Below, in pieces: positions 32,494 to 46,277 of a stretch of 64,000 nucleotides of DNA. A program made the translations under genes and the position numbers. Source of the DNA: the human T2T-CHM13v2.0 reference genome, Homo sapiens; the NCBI RefSeq assembly GCF_009914755.1, contig NC_060932.1, one strand, 5' to 3'. A model generated the notes under the pieces. The model was not told where the DNA came from. It was given only the letters and a program-made list of their open reading frames with translations, and searched no databases. Each line of letters begins with the position of its first letter. The first letter of the stretch is position 1.

Positions 32494-34664
32494 CAGCACT
32501 GTCCAATAGAAATATAATGTGAGTGTATAATCTTGAGGTTTTTATGTAATTTCATGTAATTTTGTTGCAGGATCCTTGAGGTGTTGCTTTTCTGGCCAGA
32601 AACCTTTGTGGCCAGTGATTCCTTTGCCCAAGAGGCACCCAAATTTTGCTTAGGCTGCTGGGCTTGCTCTGCCAACTTGGTCTGGTAGGCTGCACCCGGC
32701 TCATGCTACTGGCAAGGGGGAGTCATGCATGGAGCGGCAAGGGGTGTGTTAGTGAGCGTGGCGTCTGAACATTGCACAGTCAAACATGCCAGCTGCCATG
32801 GTGGGGCAGGCAGCTCCAGGTGCCAGCACTGGTGCTGGCTCTCTGTGAGGCTGTGGCTGGACCAGGCACACCACAAGCAGCTTCCACGGCTAGCAACGGG
32901 GTATGTGGTAGCACCCAGAAGCTTGGATATGCCAGGAACCACAGGACCCCAAAGAGGGAATCACAGCCCTGGCTTGAGGAGCTCCCAGGTCTGGGCTCCC
33001 TGGAGGGCCACAGCTCTTCTCTCCTTCTCTTTGCCAGCAATGTGGCAAGGAAGGGGCATGTTTCAGCCCTGTTTGTGTTACAACTCTTTTAGCCTCACCA
33101 TTTGGAGGGTCTCAAATTCTTGTCCTGAGACCAAGAAGAATGAGGTACGCAGACAAGTGGAGGGTGAGCAAGATGAAGAGGATAGAATAGCTCAGAGGAG
33201 ATCCTGAGGGGGTAGCTCTATTACACAGCCAGGGTGTCCCTCAGGGGGAAGCTCCATTCCCTAGCCAGGGTGTCCTATCAAGTGTTCAGCTCCTAGCAGA
33301 GAGAGTAGCTCCTCTCTGCAGACAGGTCATCCCAACAAGTGTTCAGGTCGCAGCAGCCAGGGTAGTTCCTCTCTGCAGCTGGTTGTCCCATCTTCTGTCC
33401 AGCTCTGGCTGAGCCTGGGGCCTCAGAGGGGAGGAAGTGCATGCTGCTTGGTTCATGGGTGACCATGGCTGGGCCCAGAAAAGGCACCACAAGTTCCCAC
33501 TCCAGTCCTCAGGACTGGAAGCCTAGCCCTCAGCCTTCAGGCCCTCCCTGGCCTGAAGGTGGGGCCTCAATGGGGACCCACCGCTTCTGCTCAGGAGCCT
33601 GTCTGCCTCCTGCCACCGTCCATGGTGCCCAGGCTGCTGGAGTCAAGGGGTACCTGCAGGCCAGTATTTGAGCTGTCCTCAGCACCCAGTTGGTTTTCCC
33701 CACCAGGCTTATCAGTGCCCAATGTCAGGAAGGAGCCAAGGTGGCAGGGGACTGGCGTGCCAGTGCTGCTCCAAGTGTGCACACACCCAGCCGGGCTCAG
33801 CTCCAACCCCTCTCCGAGATCGGAGTGGGTGCCAGGAAGAGGGAGAGGCTAGGCAGTGGGAGCAGACAACCACCCCTGAGCCTGCAGGGGAATGGGAGCC
33901 TTCCCAGGCCCTCAAGTGTACAGAGGTGCAAAGATGCCCAGGTTCAGTGCCTTGGAGGGCAGGACTCTCACCCGCTCTGTGGAGTGTGCAGGTGGCCCCA
34001 GCAGCTCAGCCCAGCCCTAGTGACCCCCAGGGTGGCAGGCTCCGGGGGATTCCTGCTTGTCCCTGGCTCCCACTGGCTCCTGGAGTGCAGTACCACCCCA
34101 GGCCCAGCTCTGCCTTCTCCCTGTGCCCTCCAGGCAGCAGTGGTGGGTGAGAGTGGCAACAGGGGGCCAGGGTCTGGAGCGGTAGAGGGTCCAGGCCTAG
34201 GGGCAGGTCCTGCCCAGGCATGTGAAAGTGGGGGTGGTGCAGTCAGCTGCCTCAGGGACATGGGGCACAGAGGACCAGCGTCTGCCATTGCTGCTCCCAT
34301 AGCCACTCCTGGCACCATTGGCTGCACCTCCCCACTGCAGCCAGCGTGATGGCAGCAGCTGCTGTGGATATCCCCGCCACTGCCATCAATTTGAAATTTT
34401 TCTAGTAGCCATGTTTTAAAAAGTAACAAAGATGTCAAATTAATTTTAGTAATATATTTTATTGAATCCAAAATACCCCAAATACTACCATTTCAACATA
34501 TAATTAATATCAAAATTATTAATGAGATATTGTAGATTCTTTTGTGTTTGCAATAGTCTTCAAAATCTGGTGTGTACAGAACATCTCAATTTGGGACTAA
34601 CCACATTTCACGTGTTCAATAGCCACATGTGGCTAGTGGCTAGCTACTGTATTAGATGGCACAG
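32494..34664. mobile_element. MER33-like hAT-Charlie element split by the MER52 LTR (arms 32494-32562 and 34389-34664)
   Basis: Left terminus CAGCACTGTCCAATAGAAAT; right end AATAGCCACATGTGGCTAGTGGCTA...TATTAGATGGCACAG. Confidence 0.8.
32563..34388 (-). mobile_element. MER52A-like ERV1 solo LTR (about 1.8 kb, GC-rich)
   Basis: On the - strand it begins TGATGGCAGTGGCGG and ends AAGGATCCTGCAACA; 4-bp TSD ATTT (32559-62, 34389-92). Accounts for the cluster of overlapping GC-rich ORFs. Confidence 0.85.
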
Positions 34665-35015
34665 AGTTAGACTAAAGGTACATGGTTTTCTCATCCACAG
34701 TTTCAGAAGCCAAAGTGATGTTCTGTGGTAGTGAATCTCACAAGTACAGAGAGAAATGTGTTCCCCTCCAGAATTACCAATGTGTCTATAGACAATAGAA
34801 TGGACTGCCTTGTAAACCTGAGTTCATTTTCACTGGACTGCTCCAAACTGTAACTAGACAACCACCCCAGTGAAATGCTGAAGAAAGCTTCATGTATCAT
34901 GACACAAAAAGCTGGATGAGAAGATCTCTAAGGTTAATTCCAGTCTAATTTTCTATGTCTGATACTGACATTTGAAATCACACATTATGCTTAGGTTATT
35001 TCTTAAGAAATACAT

Positions 35016-35018
<3 letters not shown>

Positions 35019-35061
<43 letters not shown>

Positions 35062-35085
35062 CCTCCCCCCTCCCACACACACACT
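35019..35085. repeat. (CT)n microsatellite followed by a C-rich/(CA)n tail
   Basis: About 19 TC units read directly. Confidence 0.95.
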
Positions 35086-36764
35086 CACAGAGTACACATA
35101 TACACATATATTTACATATACATGTTAGGGTACATCATTTACTTAACTGCAATACATTCTCTAGTTTCCCATTCCTACCGGTCTGCCACAGTTGTCACAG
35201 AACCGTTTCAAACATTCCCTTGGACCGTTGCTGAATTCCTGAAGACAACACAGTCTTTAATTGACTTTCCTTTCCTGTTGTCCTCATCCCTAAATGTTTT
35301 CCCTCTTTTTGGAGCTTTCTCGCCTTCACATTTTCTTTAGTGTAAAAAACATTCCTCTGTAGAGTTAAAGCTAAAGGAGAGTAAGGACTATGTAAACTGG
35401 GATTCAAATTCATCAAATGTGCCTTTTTGGATCATTTCCACTACATTATAATAACAGAACCCACTAAACAGATTTTCCTTAGGTAGTTATTCATGTAACT
35501 TTCTACTACCACATCTAAATAATCTTCCTCCAGGTAGTACTCACCCTATTACCCTCCTCAGGCGCTGCTCTCCCCGAGGACTGCATGCTTCCACATCTTC
35601 TATTCTCCCTCCTCTTCAAGGGGCCCCTTCCCAAACTTCTCCTATAGCCATTTGCCTCTAAGTGACAAGTTTCACACCAATCTTTGTATCTCAAAAAACT
35701 CACTGACTTTTTAGCTACGGATGCCACATTAATGCTTTTCCTCCATGTTCTTACTTGCCTTTAATGACAAATGTGCATTGCAGCTTATGTCTTTCACCTT
35801 CTTGCCTTGAAGTACCTTTCTAAGCTGCAAGTCCATTTAAATAGTCTTCATCAGAAACAGCCATCTTCATCGTTTTCCCCATCTGTGCCACTTACACAGG
35901 TAAAGGGCACTACTGAGCCAAACTCAACAGGCAATGCAACGGGCCTAGTTGGCCCAATAGATATAGACAGAAAATATTTAGAATACATTGTAATGTTGGC
36001 ATAATTATGGAATCTTGGTAATAGGTATTAACTACACTACATTAACAATTCTTTATCATCAAAATTTTGTTTAGGGACAATTGCAATACAACTTATTAAT
36101 ATAATTTGAGATTTCTAATCCTCAACTTATTATAAAATGAAGATAGCATAAAATATAAATTATAACCTACATTAATCATTCTTTTAAATTCAATAATAAT
36201 ATGCATTCTACACATACTATTTATCTAAAATTACAAGCCTTGTATTTAAATTTACTTTCAGACTCACTTCCTATTGGTGATCTTGCAAAGGACATGTAGG
36301 ACATTGCCTATTACATTTCTGAACATTACTGCCTATTTTCAAAACCAAGATTACAACTTCCCCCTGAGTAACATATGATCATTTTTTACTCAGCTTCCAC
36401 AAATACTAATACGTCTTATTGTAAAATGTATATGTGGAACTCATATAAAGCTTCAAAGAAACTTGAAATGATAAAGCAGAACAATTTCATTTATTTTTCA
36501 AATTTTGACAGATGTCTAAATTTAACATCTTTTCACTAAATGATACTTTATTACTGCCCACTTTCTTCAGAAAGGATTGAGGACAAATGTTAAATGATGT
36601 TACTCTTAAGACTCTATGTTTATTGCCTCTATACAATTAAATTTAGAATGCAACTGCTGTTGATAATATTAAGGTAAACAAATAGAGCAGAAACCATCTT
36701 ATACAACGCAAACAAGATTTGTAACTGGCCACGCCATCAAAGAAATTGGTTAAAAGGAAGAAGA

Positions 36765-37069
36765 GGCCGGGTGTGGTAGCTCACACCTATAATCCCAGCA
36801 CTTTAGGGGGCTGAGGCAGGAAAATCACTCAAGGCCAGGAGTTCCAGACTAGCCTGGCCAACATGGTGAAACTCCATCTCTACTAAAAATATAAAAATTA
36901 GCCGGGTATGGTGGTGCACGTCTGTAATCCCAGCTACTCAGGAGGCTGAGGCAGAAGAATCTCTTGAACCTGGGAGGCAGAGGTTGCAGTGAGCCAAGAT
37001 TGAGCCATACACTCCAGCCTGGGCAACAGAGCAAGACTCCATTTCAAAAAAATAAATAAACAAATAAAA
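36765..37069 (+). mobile_element. AluS-like SINE
   Basis: GGCCGGGTGTGGTAGCTCACACCTATAATCCCAGC...TCTACTAAAAATATAAAAATTAGCCGGG...A-rich tail. Confidence 0.92.
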
Positions 37070-37144
37070 TGATAATATAAAATGCACAAGTAATACTCAG
37101 AATATTTAGTTTATCTTTAAAATACATAAATTTATATTCACGAT

Positions 37145-37228
37145 TACTATGGTTTGAATGTGTCCCCTCCAAAATTCGTGTTGAAATTTAATTTCTATTG
37201 TGGTAGTATTAAGAAGTGGGGTATTTGT
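37145..37228 (+). mobile_element. 5' 85 bp only of an MST/MLT1-type MaLR LTR
   Basis: TTACTATGGTTTGAATGTGTCCCCTCCAAAATTCGTGTTGAAAT...GTATTAAGAAGTGGGG, then abrupt loss of LTR similarity. Confidence 0.7.
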
Positions 37229-40200
37229 GAAAAGTTTTTTGAAATCAGAAAAGGCAAGGCAAAATTATTCACAAAGTTAAAAATAACTATATTATTTATT
37301 CATCCATCTATTCAAATTATTAGTTACCTATAGTTTCCAAGGTGATGGAAAGACACAATTTCTACAAAACAAAACAAATGGTCACTTTCATATTTCACAG
37401 AATAAATGAAAAGATTGTCCATCAAAACATTCTGCCCTAGATGGGCAACTGAAATATTTTGCTCTGGAAAGATACACCTTTGTGCAGGAAAATAATTTTG
37501 TTGTTTTATTAAAAGGTTTGAGAATAGAGCTGCAATACTTCTAAAATGATGGGGAGATTAGTACTGAAAAACCTCATAACAGCTTTGATGGCCTCAGAAA
37601 TATGACTAAATATAACCACAGAAATATTCAAGCAACAATTTCTGGGCAACATGGTATTTATGTCAGAGCATATAAGGAAGAATAAAAGATTTTTGCATAT
37701 ACGAGTAAGCACAAAACATTCAAAAAGCAATGTTTATTCAGTAGAACTCTGTTCTTCTGAAAAGTTTTTTTGAAAAGCTTTTTTTGAAATCAGAAAAGGC
37801 AAGGCAAAATTATTCACAGTAGTAGTAGAAGAGAATAGCACTTAAAATTTACAGTTAACATGAGTGATATGAAGTATTGTGCATGCATATAGTATGAGTT
37901 GACTCAATTACATTTAAACCCAAAGTCTTTAAAACGAGAATAAGAATAACATGCAGTGACTGTAAAATATCAATAAGCATGTACATAGTTTTATGTGAGC
38001 AGGTGTAGAGATATAATCGTTAATCAATATTCAGGACAGCTACACACACTATAAATTTATGACCACAGATTTATACCTCTCGACAAAATGTTTCCCAATG
38101 GAGCACCTTAAAAGTGGTTTTCTAAATTAAATATGTTGTTGTTTTCTCATTGAAAAGGAATAAAAATAATAGAGCAAGAAGATTTTTATATATGTTTACA
38201 AGAAGAAACTTTGGAGAAAAAGAGAACTCCTGAAAGTTAGGATCTAGGAAACACAGACTCACATTACTGTTCAGAAGTCTCTGTCTCTTCTTCTTACCAC
38301 TGGGGTTTGGATAAGAGTCATCTAACATGTAAATTTTAAAGTGACTTTTTGTTTAAACTTTTATGTTTCCTCACAATGAGATTACTATATGTACCTTATA
38401 ATATTTATTTCCATCATCAGATGAAACACCAGTTGGGAATAAAAAGGTACACAGCCATATTCTAAACCATTTCAGGCTTTTAGGTTAATAAGTAAAATTA
38501 AGAATTTATTTTATTGTGGTATGTTGGAGCTGAGTTCTTCTCCTGAATGTAATAGCTAAACATGAGAAAGAGAATTATACCTATGTTAAAATATATATAT
38601 ACATTATTTTAAAAAATAGATAGAATTTAAAACCATATGTTTTTAAACATACATTTTTAAAATGTGAAAAATTAATGTGCTTTTCAGGGTCCAACATTTT
38701 AAAATATCCCTTTTTTGTAAGACAGTGTCTAATGGATCGGGCATTGGAGTCATCTTAGCAGTTTGCCAACTAGGGCATTGTTGCAGAGTATTAAATGTCT
38801 TATAAGTCAATATCCTTCTTTTGTGGTGTATTTTCTTCTAAGAAGGAACAATAACAAAAAATTACTAGTACCTGGGAAAAAGAGAAGTTGTTGTTGTGTT
38901 TTGCTTAACATGTTAAACAAGTTATGAGCTATTTCCTGTTTCCAAGTTTGGCACCTTTGGAATCAAATGATTTTTCATGTCTCTAGGGTACTATTTAAAA
39001 CTCACTATTTTGTAATTAATTTTGAGAGTTTCTTAATAAATGGTTCTAAGTGCCTAAGGGCTTCTTCCCATTAGAGTCATTGACTGGGGTTGAAAGCATA
39101 TCAAAATACATCATATCTGAAGTGGTCATTGGTTGGTATGGATACTGGCAGAAATGATACATGATTATGCATGAGATACATGCACAATTATCTGAAAAAT
39201 TAATAGGCTGATAATAATGATTTTCATACATTAGAACATCTACAGATTGAGTTTCATTAAATTTTCTGTAATACTTCACCACATTCAGTTAAGTCTTGAA
39301 TAATTTGAATTTTCCTTTTCTTGGTTAGATGATTTACTAAGTCTCGGTTCACAGATATCACATTGAATTGAACACTAGCAGGAAAGGTGTCTGTAATCCT
39401 GACTTGGATAAAGTTTGAGCTGCTCAAGGGCAAAGTCTTGATGGTATAACTGATCCAAGGGCACTGCAGAACTGAGCTAGACTACTATGTAGGTCTCCAC
39501 ATTTAAGTACTAAGACCACATTTATCTCTATTTTCAAAGAAACACAGGGACATTCTTTGATAAGCTATTTTTATACATTTGGATCCATGAGATTTATTAT
39601 TAGAAAGGCACCTTAGAGATATAACTTGCCCAAGTTCATCCCATTAGGCAAAGAATAACCCCATCAATAGCAGAGATGTTTTTAAAATTCTGGTCTCTGG
39701 TCTTCCCACTCACTACTCTCTCTCATCTGGTATGGTTTAGCTCCTATCTTTTGACTTCACATTTCTAGGCACACCAGCTTTGCAATTACAGGCCTGTGGA
39801 AATCATGTTGCAATTTTTTTATAAATGAGCTGAGGGTTGGAGTCCAACAGAAGTGTTATAATATAACCCAAAGTTACATCACTCTAAATAGAATTTCCAG
39901 CAGGTAACTGGTTAGAACTTGTCTAACGATTGTTTTCCAAAAACATTACAAACATGCATTTGTGGATATACACAGTGCCACTGAATTGTATACTCTAAAA
40001 TGATTAAAATAGTAAATGTTACATATATTTTACCACAATAAAAGATATTTGTAATGCCCATAAACATTTCTTAATGATGTATTGTTGTTAGTGCTGTTTT
40101 CCCTGCCTATTCTTCCCTCAAAGTGTGTAAGTCCAATACATTCAATGCCCAGTAATTCCGGGTTCACCATGACAACTTTCCCTACTGCCCCAGCCTTTGA

Positions 40201-40729
40201 GATAACGTGCTCCTCTGAGCTCCTACAGCATTGAGTCCATTTAACATTGCAAATTTAGTACTTATCAAATTTTTACATTTATTTTTATAAATTTTATCAC
40301 TTGAATAAATTTTAAACCAAGGGGAGGCATTACGTCTTATTTTTCTCCAAATATTCATAAACTTTCAAATTATTTGTCTTAAAGTTACCAAAGGCTACAT
40401 AAATGTTTCTTGCTGTTGGCATGTTTTCTAGCAGTAAGGTTTAACTAATTCAATTGTGACAATTATGAGCTTGGAACTTAGTATCTGACTGGGTCAAATG
40501 TTCATTCATTTATTCTTTTATTAATTCAATCTAATTATAACATATAGTATGTTTTAGGCACCCTAGTACATGTTAAATACAGACATAAGTAAAAAAAAAA
40601 TCTGTCCTCAAGTTGCTCAAATCTTAGGAGGAAAGAAGAACTATAAACAAATAGTTATATTTTAATGTGGTAAGTACTGGGTGTGTTTTATTCAGTTGGA
40701 GAAATGTCAGTGACTTCTTAAAATTGTGG

Positions 40730-40935
40730 GATCTAGAGTCAAAGGTGTATGCAAGCCCTCCTACGACTTACCTAACTATGTGATTTGGAGATATACAACT
40801 TCTTTATACTTCAGCTTCCTCCCTTGTAAAATGGGTGTGAAAATAGTGCCTATCTCACAGCATTGTTGTGAGGATCAAATGAAATAATGCATGTGTCCTG
40901 CTTACCACCACTTAGCACATTGTAAATACCCAATT
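40730..40935 (+). mobile_element. MIR
   Basis: CTTCAGCTTCCTCCCTTGTAAAATGGG...CCTATCTCACAGCATTGTTGTGAGGATCAAATGAAATAATGCATGT. Confidence 0.75.
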
Positions 40936-41897
40936 AGTTCCTTCTATTGCCTTAGAAGATGACACTGAACCAAAACCACACTCTGTTTTCTGAGATGTAA
41001 AATCAGTTGTATGTGTGCATGTAAATATATATGTACTATGCAGTCAACTGTTTTTACATTATCTTTTAGCACATTTGGACTTAGGTGAATGCCCATTAGG
41101 TGCATCCCAGACTCACAGAGATTTCTCTTTCTCTTGGAATAGCCAGATATGCAAATATGGGCCTCACGTGTCTATCATATCAGTGCCTTTGACTTTCCTC
41201 TTGGCCATAACTGACTGGTCTAAGGGTAGATACATGATCTTGGCTGGATCAATCAGATTCTTTCTCTTGATCATTTGATCATCAAAATGAAGACTCAAGA
41301 AATGGGAGGTCACTAGATCTGAGATATCCTAATGGCAAAACTCTAAAGTGAGGGTCCCTGAATTGCCCCAGCTGTTCCCCTTCTGGAGGTTCAGTTGTTC
41401 ACCAAGGCCTTTGATTCTATGAGCTATAACAGCATCCATTCAATAAACCATCTCTTAAATTTGCCAGAGTCAGTAGCTGTTACTTACAAGAAACAAACAA
41501 AAAAATGTAACTAACACTGGGAAAGTGTTCTCCCTTTGCTAGTGTTCTCTAGCAAGACTGGCCAGATGGTTTCTCTTTCCACCAAAACCTATGAGAGTCT
41601 TCCTGAAGATGGCCTAATCAGTAGATCTATGCAATTGCTTTCCAGTAGGATTTTAAAGAATAAAGGGAAAATTGCATATTTTGTTTCAAATGATTTGCTT
41701 TCTACTCTGGCTTTTACTTTAACCTCTGAGGCTTAGGGCAAGTCTGTATTTATTTACCTCTCTATCCCTGTCATTTCTCCACTGGTCAGTAGAAACAATG
41801 AGGTTTCTCTGATCTAACCCATAACTCACATATGAATTTCACAAGAAAAAGGGAACCAGCTCTGAATTTGCTACAAGAACCTGAGTTTCTTTTTCTA

Positions 41898-41977
41898 TTA
41901 GGTTGGTGCAAAAGTAGTCGAGCTTTTTGCCATTAAAAGTAATGGTAAAAACCGCAATTGCTTTTGCACCAACCTAA
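41898..41977. mobile_element. MADE1 (Hsmar1-derived MITE), 80-bp near-palindrome
   Basis: TTAGGTTGGTGCAAAAG...CTTTTGCACCAACCTAA with TA on both flanks. Confidence 0.95.
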
Positions 41978-42281
41978 TAGAAGGTGAGGTGCTTGAAGTA
42001 TCTAGTCTGTAGGGGTCCTTCCATAACTAATGTGACAATTGATTCTGTCACATTGATCAAAATAACACAGATAAAAGAAACATTAATCTGATATAGAAAA
42101 GATCAATCATGTAGGAAATACAAAGATACTTCATGTTTTTCCTAAACACTCAAGGATTAAGGGGGAAAACATCACCGTAATGATATAACAGACTTAACAC
42201 TGTGTGGCTAAAAGATGTATGTAGCATTAAAAATAAAAACAGAACCGTAGTACTACATGATGAAAAAAATGTCAGATTTAC

Positions 42282-42355
42282 CTTTAATTTCTGGTGAGAG
42301 CTGCTGCTGTGGTTGCTCCAAATGTCGTAACATATTGAACAGCAGTGCCAATGGG
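42282..42355 (-). other. Candidate 74-nt internal exon of a minus-strand transcript
   Basis: Acceptor after a long pyrimidine run (...cctttttttttttaaag|CCC); donor AAG|gtaaat; unique sequence. Confidence 0.5.
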
Positions 42356-44210
42356 CTTTAAAAAAAAAAGGAAAAAGGGGAGAAAAACCTTACCCAGCAG
42401 ACATTTATGTTTATTTTCCCACATCTTTAAAAAATTTATTGCTTTTACTTAACTCATCTTGAGACATTAGTAGTTCTTAAACAATGTGTGGTACAAAATG
42501 TTATATTTGGTGGTCCTGTTTCAAGCCCCAGAGAACAACAATCCCCATAATAAAACTGATATTTCACAAGCCTCACAGGACTCAATTAGAAGAGAGTCTG
42601 AATTGCCTCTTACTCTGGGGAAAGGGTCAGAATTCAGATCATCTAGATAATATGAACACAAATAGAAAACAATTGTTATACAATTGGGTTACAAAATTAA
42701 TGCAGGAATGATAGATGTCTGTAATCCTTATTAAAATATGAAGAGTTTGTTATAAATTCTATACAAAGAAAACTGCAACATAAGATGATTGTTATATATT
42801 GATATATACACACATAATTTTAATATATGGACTGTATACATGTGTATAAGGATTGCATAAGCATTTATGTGCATATAGATGTACATATATGTGTTCATAT
42901 CTATACCTATATATAGGACATCTATATGTAGATGATCAGCTAAATTAAACCTGGGAAAATAACTGTTTTCTCATAAATAAAACACAAAAGTGATCTCGTA
43001 CTCAATTTATAGACTACTTTTGTCCTGGTTATATTTTTACTCCAAATAATGTTAATAAATTTTAAAATTGTTTCAAATTATTTGATTATGAGCACATTCC
43101 TCACAGCATGGAGCTTCTACCTTCCCAAAGTATAAAAGTGATTTTCCCCTGATATTGGGGTTGGCTAGATGTCAGGGAAGGATGGGAGAAGAGGATGTTA
43201 TCATATAATACAAATTAAGTTTCTGGAGTCATGGCATACTTGCGGTTATCAAACATCCAACTTTAATTTTGATTTCAAATCCTGCAAACCCCTTTTATAG
43301 CCCATCTTTGTCTCCCTTATAAACTAGCCATTTAAACTGAAAAACACAAAATCACTGTTTGTATGCTTCTTGTAAGGCTTGTCAGTCTCTTCCAAATACA
43401 CATCTAGTCATGCGAAAGGTGCCATTGCCATTCCCTAGGAACCAAGAATCTTGTCTGAATCAGGAGAACTCATAAAAGCAAAGATCATTTGGACCTTAAT
43501 ATATGTTCTGTATTCAACCATAAAAACATTTACTCTATTTTGCAACTGCGTTTCTCTCTTTTGTGAAACTGTTCTGTATGCCTGTGCTAAGCTAGTGTTT
43601 ACAGCTTGGTTTCTTTTTTCACTTTAAAACAAGGCATTCAGCCAACTTTAAACACTGCCTACTTCTAGCCAATTGTCCTTTTCTCTCTGTCAACATTTTT
43701 GTTAAAGGAAAAGCACATGACTAAATGTGATGTTTCTAACATATTTAAAAAGCAATTCTATTGAAATGATGGTGATGTCCAACAGATAATCACCATATAT
43801 CATTTCCTTGAATGGTGCCCCAAGAATTCTAAATTTCCTTGCTGTTTTGGGTTGTTTTAACCTTGTATGCAGTTTTGAATTAAAAATAGGTCAAGGCATA
43901 ACCATGTATTCATTAATTATTACAGATAAAAACTATTAAATAGTAAAAAGCAGCCATTATTATTATGCTGGAAACTGAGTACTTCACAGTGTACAATCTC
44001 ACAACAATCTATTCTTCGTAATATTATTATTTTTCTTCACAATAAGGAAATTGAAGCACGGAAAGACTAAGTATCTTGCATAGGGTAACTGCCAGCCATT
44101 GAATAACATCATCACTGACGTACAACTCAGGCTGCCTGACCAAGCCGCACATTTAACCAGTATACCATGCAAGTATGTATTGAATACATGCGTTTTAGAT
44201 GTAGCTTTGA

Positions 44211-44214
<4 letters not shown>

Positions 44215-44242
<28 letters not shown>
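44215..44242. repeat. (TA)n microsatellite
   Basis: Read directly; similar (TA)n tracts at about 8497-8547 and 18526-18547. Confidence 0.95.
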
Positions 44243-44586
44243 CTGTCAGTGAGTATATGCATATATATTTATATTTATGTTTATTTATATTGCCACCTTA
44301 CTGTCTAGACAGACAAAGACTAAAAACACTGTATAATTGGGGTGGGAGAAGAGTATATAATTGTTAAACAAATAGTATAAAGCAATGGTTTGCAAATATT
44401 TTTCCAGTAAGACATATATTCAAAACACACTCTCAATGTGTTATGACTTAGATAAAAATGAGTCCAAATAATGTCCAACTCTAGCATGGTAGCTTTAAAT
44501 CCATCCTGTTCTTTCCCACTTGTAAGAACATAAAAGAGGGCAAATACAATATAATATTACAATGTAAATTGATTCATTTATGTATC

Positions 44587-45642
44587 AAACACCAAAAAGC
44601 AATGGCAACAAAAGCCAAAATTGACAAATGGGATCTAATTAAACTAAAAAGCTTCTGCACAGCAAAAGAAATTATCATCAGAATGAACAGGCAACCTACA
44701 GAATGGGAGAAAATTTTTGCAATCCATCCATCTGACAAAGGGCTAATATCCAGAATCTACAAAGAACTTAAACAAATTTACAAAAAAAAAAAAAAACCCA
44801 TCAAAAAGTGGGCAAAGGATATGAACAGACACTTCTCAAAAGAAGTCATTTATGTGGCCAAAAAACATATGAAAAAAAGCTCATCATCACTGGTCATTAG
44901 AGAAATGCAAATCAAAACCACAATGAGATACCATCTCATGCCAGTTAGAATGGTGATCATTAAAAAGTCAGGAAACAACAGATGCTGGAGAGGATGTGGA
45001 GAAATGGGAACACTTTTACACTGTTGGTGGGAGTGTAAATTAGTTCAACCATTGTGGAAGACAGTGTGGCGATTCCTCAAGGATCTAGCACCAGAAATAT
45101 CAATTGACCCATCAATCCCATTACTGGGCATATACCCAAAGGATTATAAATCATCATACTGTAAAGACACATGCACACGTATGTTTATTGCAGCACTGTT
45201 CACAATAGCAAAGACTTGGAACCAACCCAGATGCCCATCAATGATAGACTGGATAAAGAAAATGTGGCACATATACACCATGGAATACTATGCAGCCATA
45301 AAAAGGATGAGTTCATGGCCTTTGCAGGGACTTGGATGAAGCTGGAAACCATCATTCTCAGCAAACTAAAACAGGAACAGAAAACAAAACACTGCATCTT
45401 CTCACTCATAAGTGAGAGCTGAACAATGAGAACAGATGGACACAGGGAGGGGAACATCACATACCGGGGCCTGTTATTGGGGGGTGCATAGAAGAGGAAT
45501 AGCATTAGGAGAAATACCTAATGTAGATGACGGGTTGATGGGTGCAGCAAACCACCATGGCACATGTATACCTATGTAACAAACCTGCACGTTCTGCACA
45601 TGTATCCCAGAACTTAAAGTAAAATTAAAAAAAAAAAAAAAA
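44587..45642 (+). mobile_element. 5'-truncated L1PA7/8-like 3' fragment with poly(A) and GAA-rich tail
   Basis: ORF 44569-45339 is the ORF2 C-terminus ([18 protein letters not shown]...); 3'UTR GAGAAATACCTAATGTAGATGACGGGTTGATGGG. Confidence 0.9.
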
Positions 45643-46277
45643 GAAGATGAAGAAGAAAGAAAAAGGGAGAAGGAAGAAGAAGAAGAAGCAGAAGCAGCAG
45701 CTCTGATTCCAATGGACTTTCCCTAGTGGCTATCAGCATAGTACTACCTTCCAGATGAGCACACAACCCTGAAGAGATCTAGAGGTGAGGACTGAATGGA
45801 ACATAAAACCAAGAGAAATAGCAGAGGGCTATACATTTTAAGCCACTCTGCTCAGCAACTGTGCCATAAAGACTACTCAGCCATCCCACAACAGCATGTT
45901 GTTTTGCAAAAGCTTCTACCTAGAGAACTATATTATCAAGATCACAACTATCACAGAATACACACTCTCAACCCTACAAATTGCTTTTAATTCTACTCAC
46001 AATCTTACTAAGCTATTTGTTAAATAATGACATCATATAAAATTGTGAAAATTATAATCTACTATACTCTAGAATATATAAAATAATTTTTATAGCCAAA
46101 GAAATGGCAAGGGTTTTTATTTCTCTCTCCCATGTCAAAGATATATAAAGATTATTTATAATTAAAAGGAAAAAGAAAATCAAATGTACATGTTTAGCAA
46201 CAGGGGACTGGTAAAATAAATTATTATCCATTTTGTACAATGGAACACTCTGCAATGACTATAAAGAATGGAGTAGA

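Noticed and set aside
32706-34471. Cluster of long overlapping ORFs (up to 219 aa) on both strands
   Set aside because: They lie within the GC-rich MER52 LTR, where stop codons are rare; no recognisable domain.
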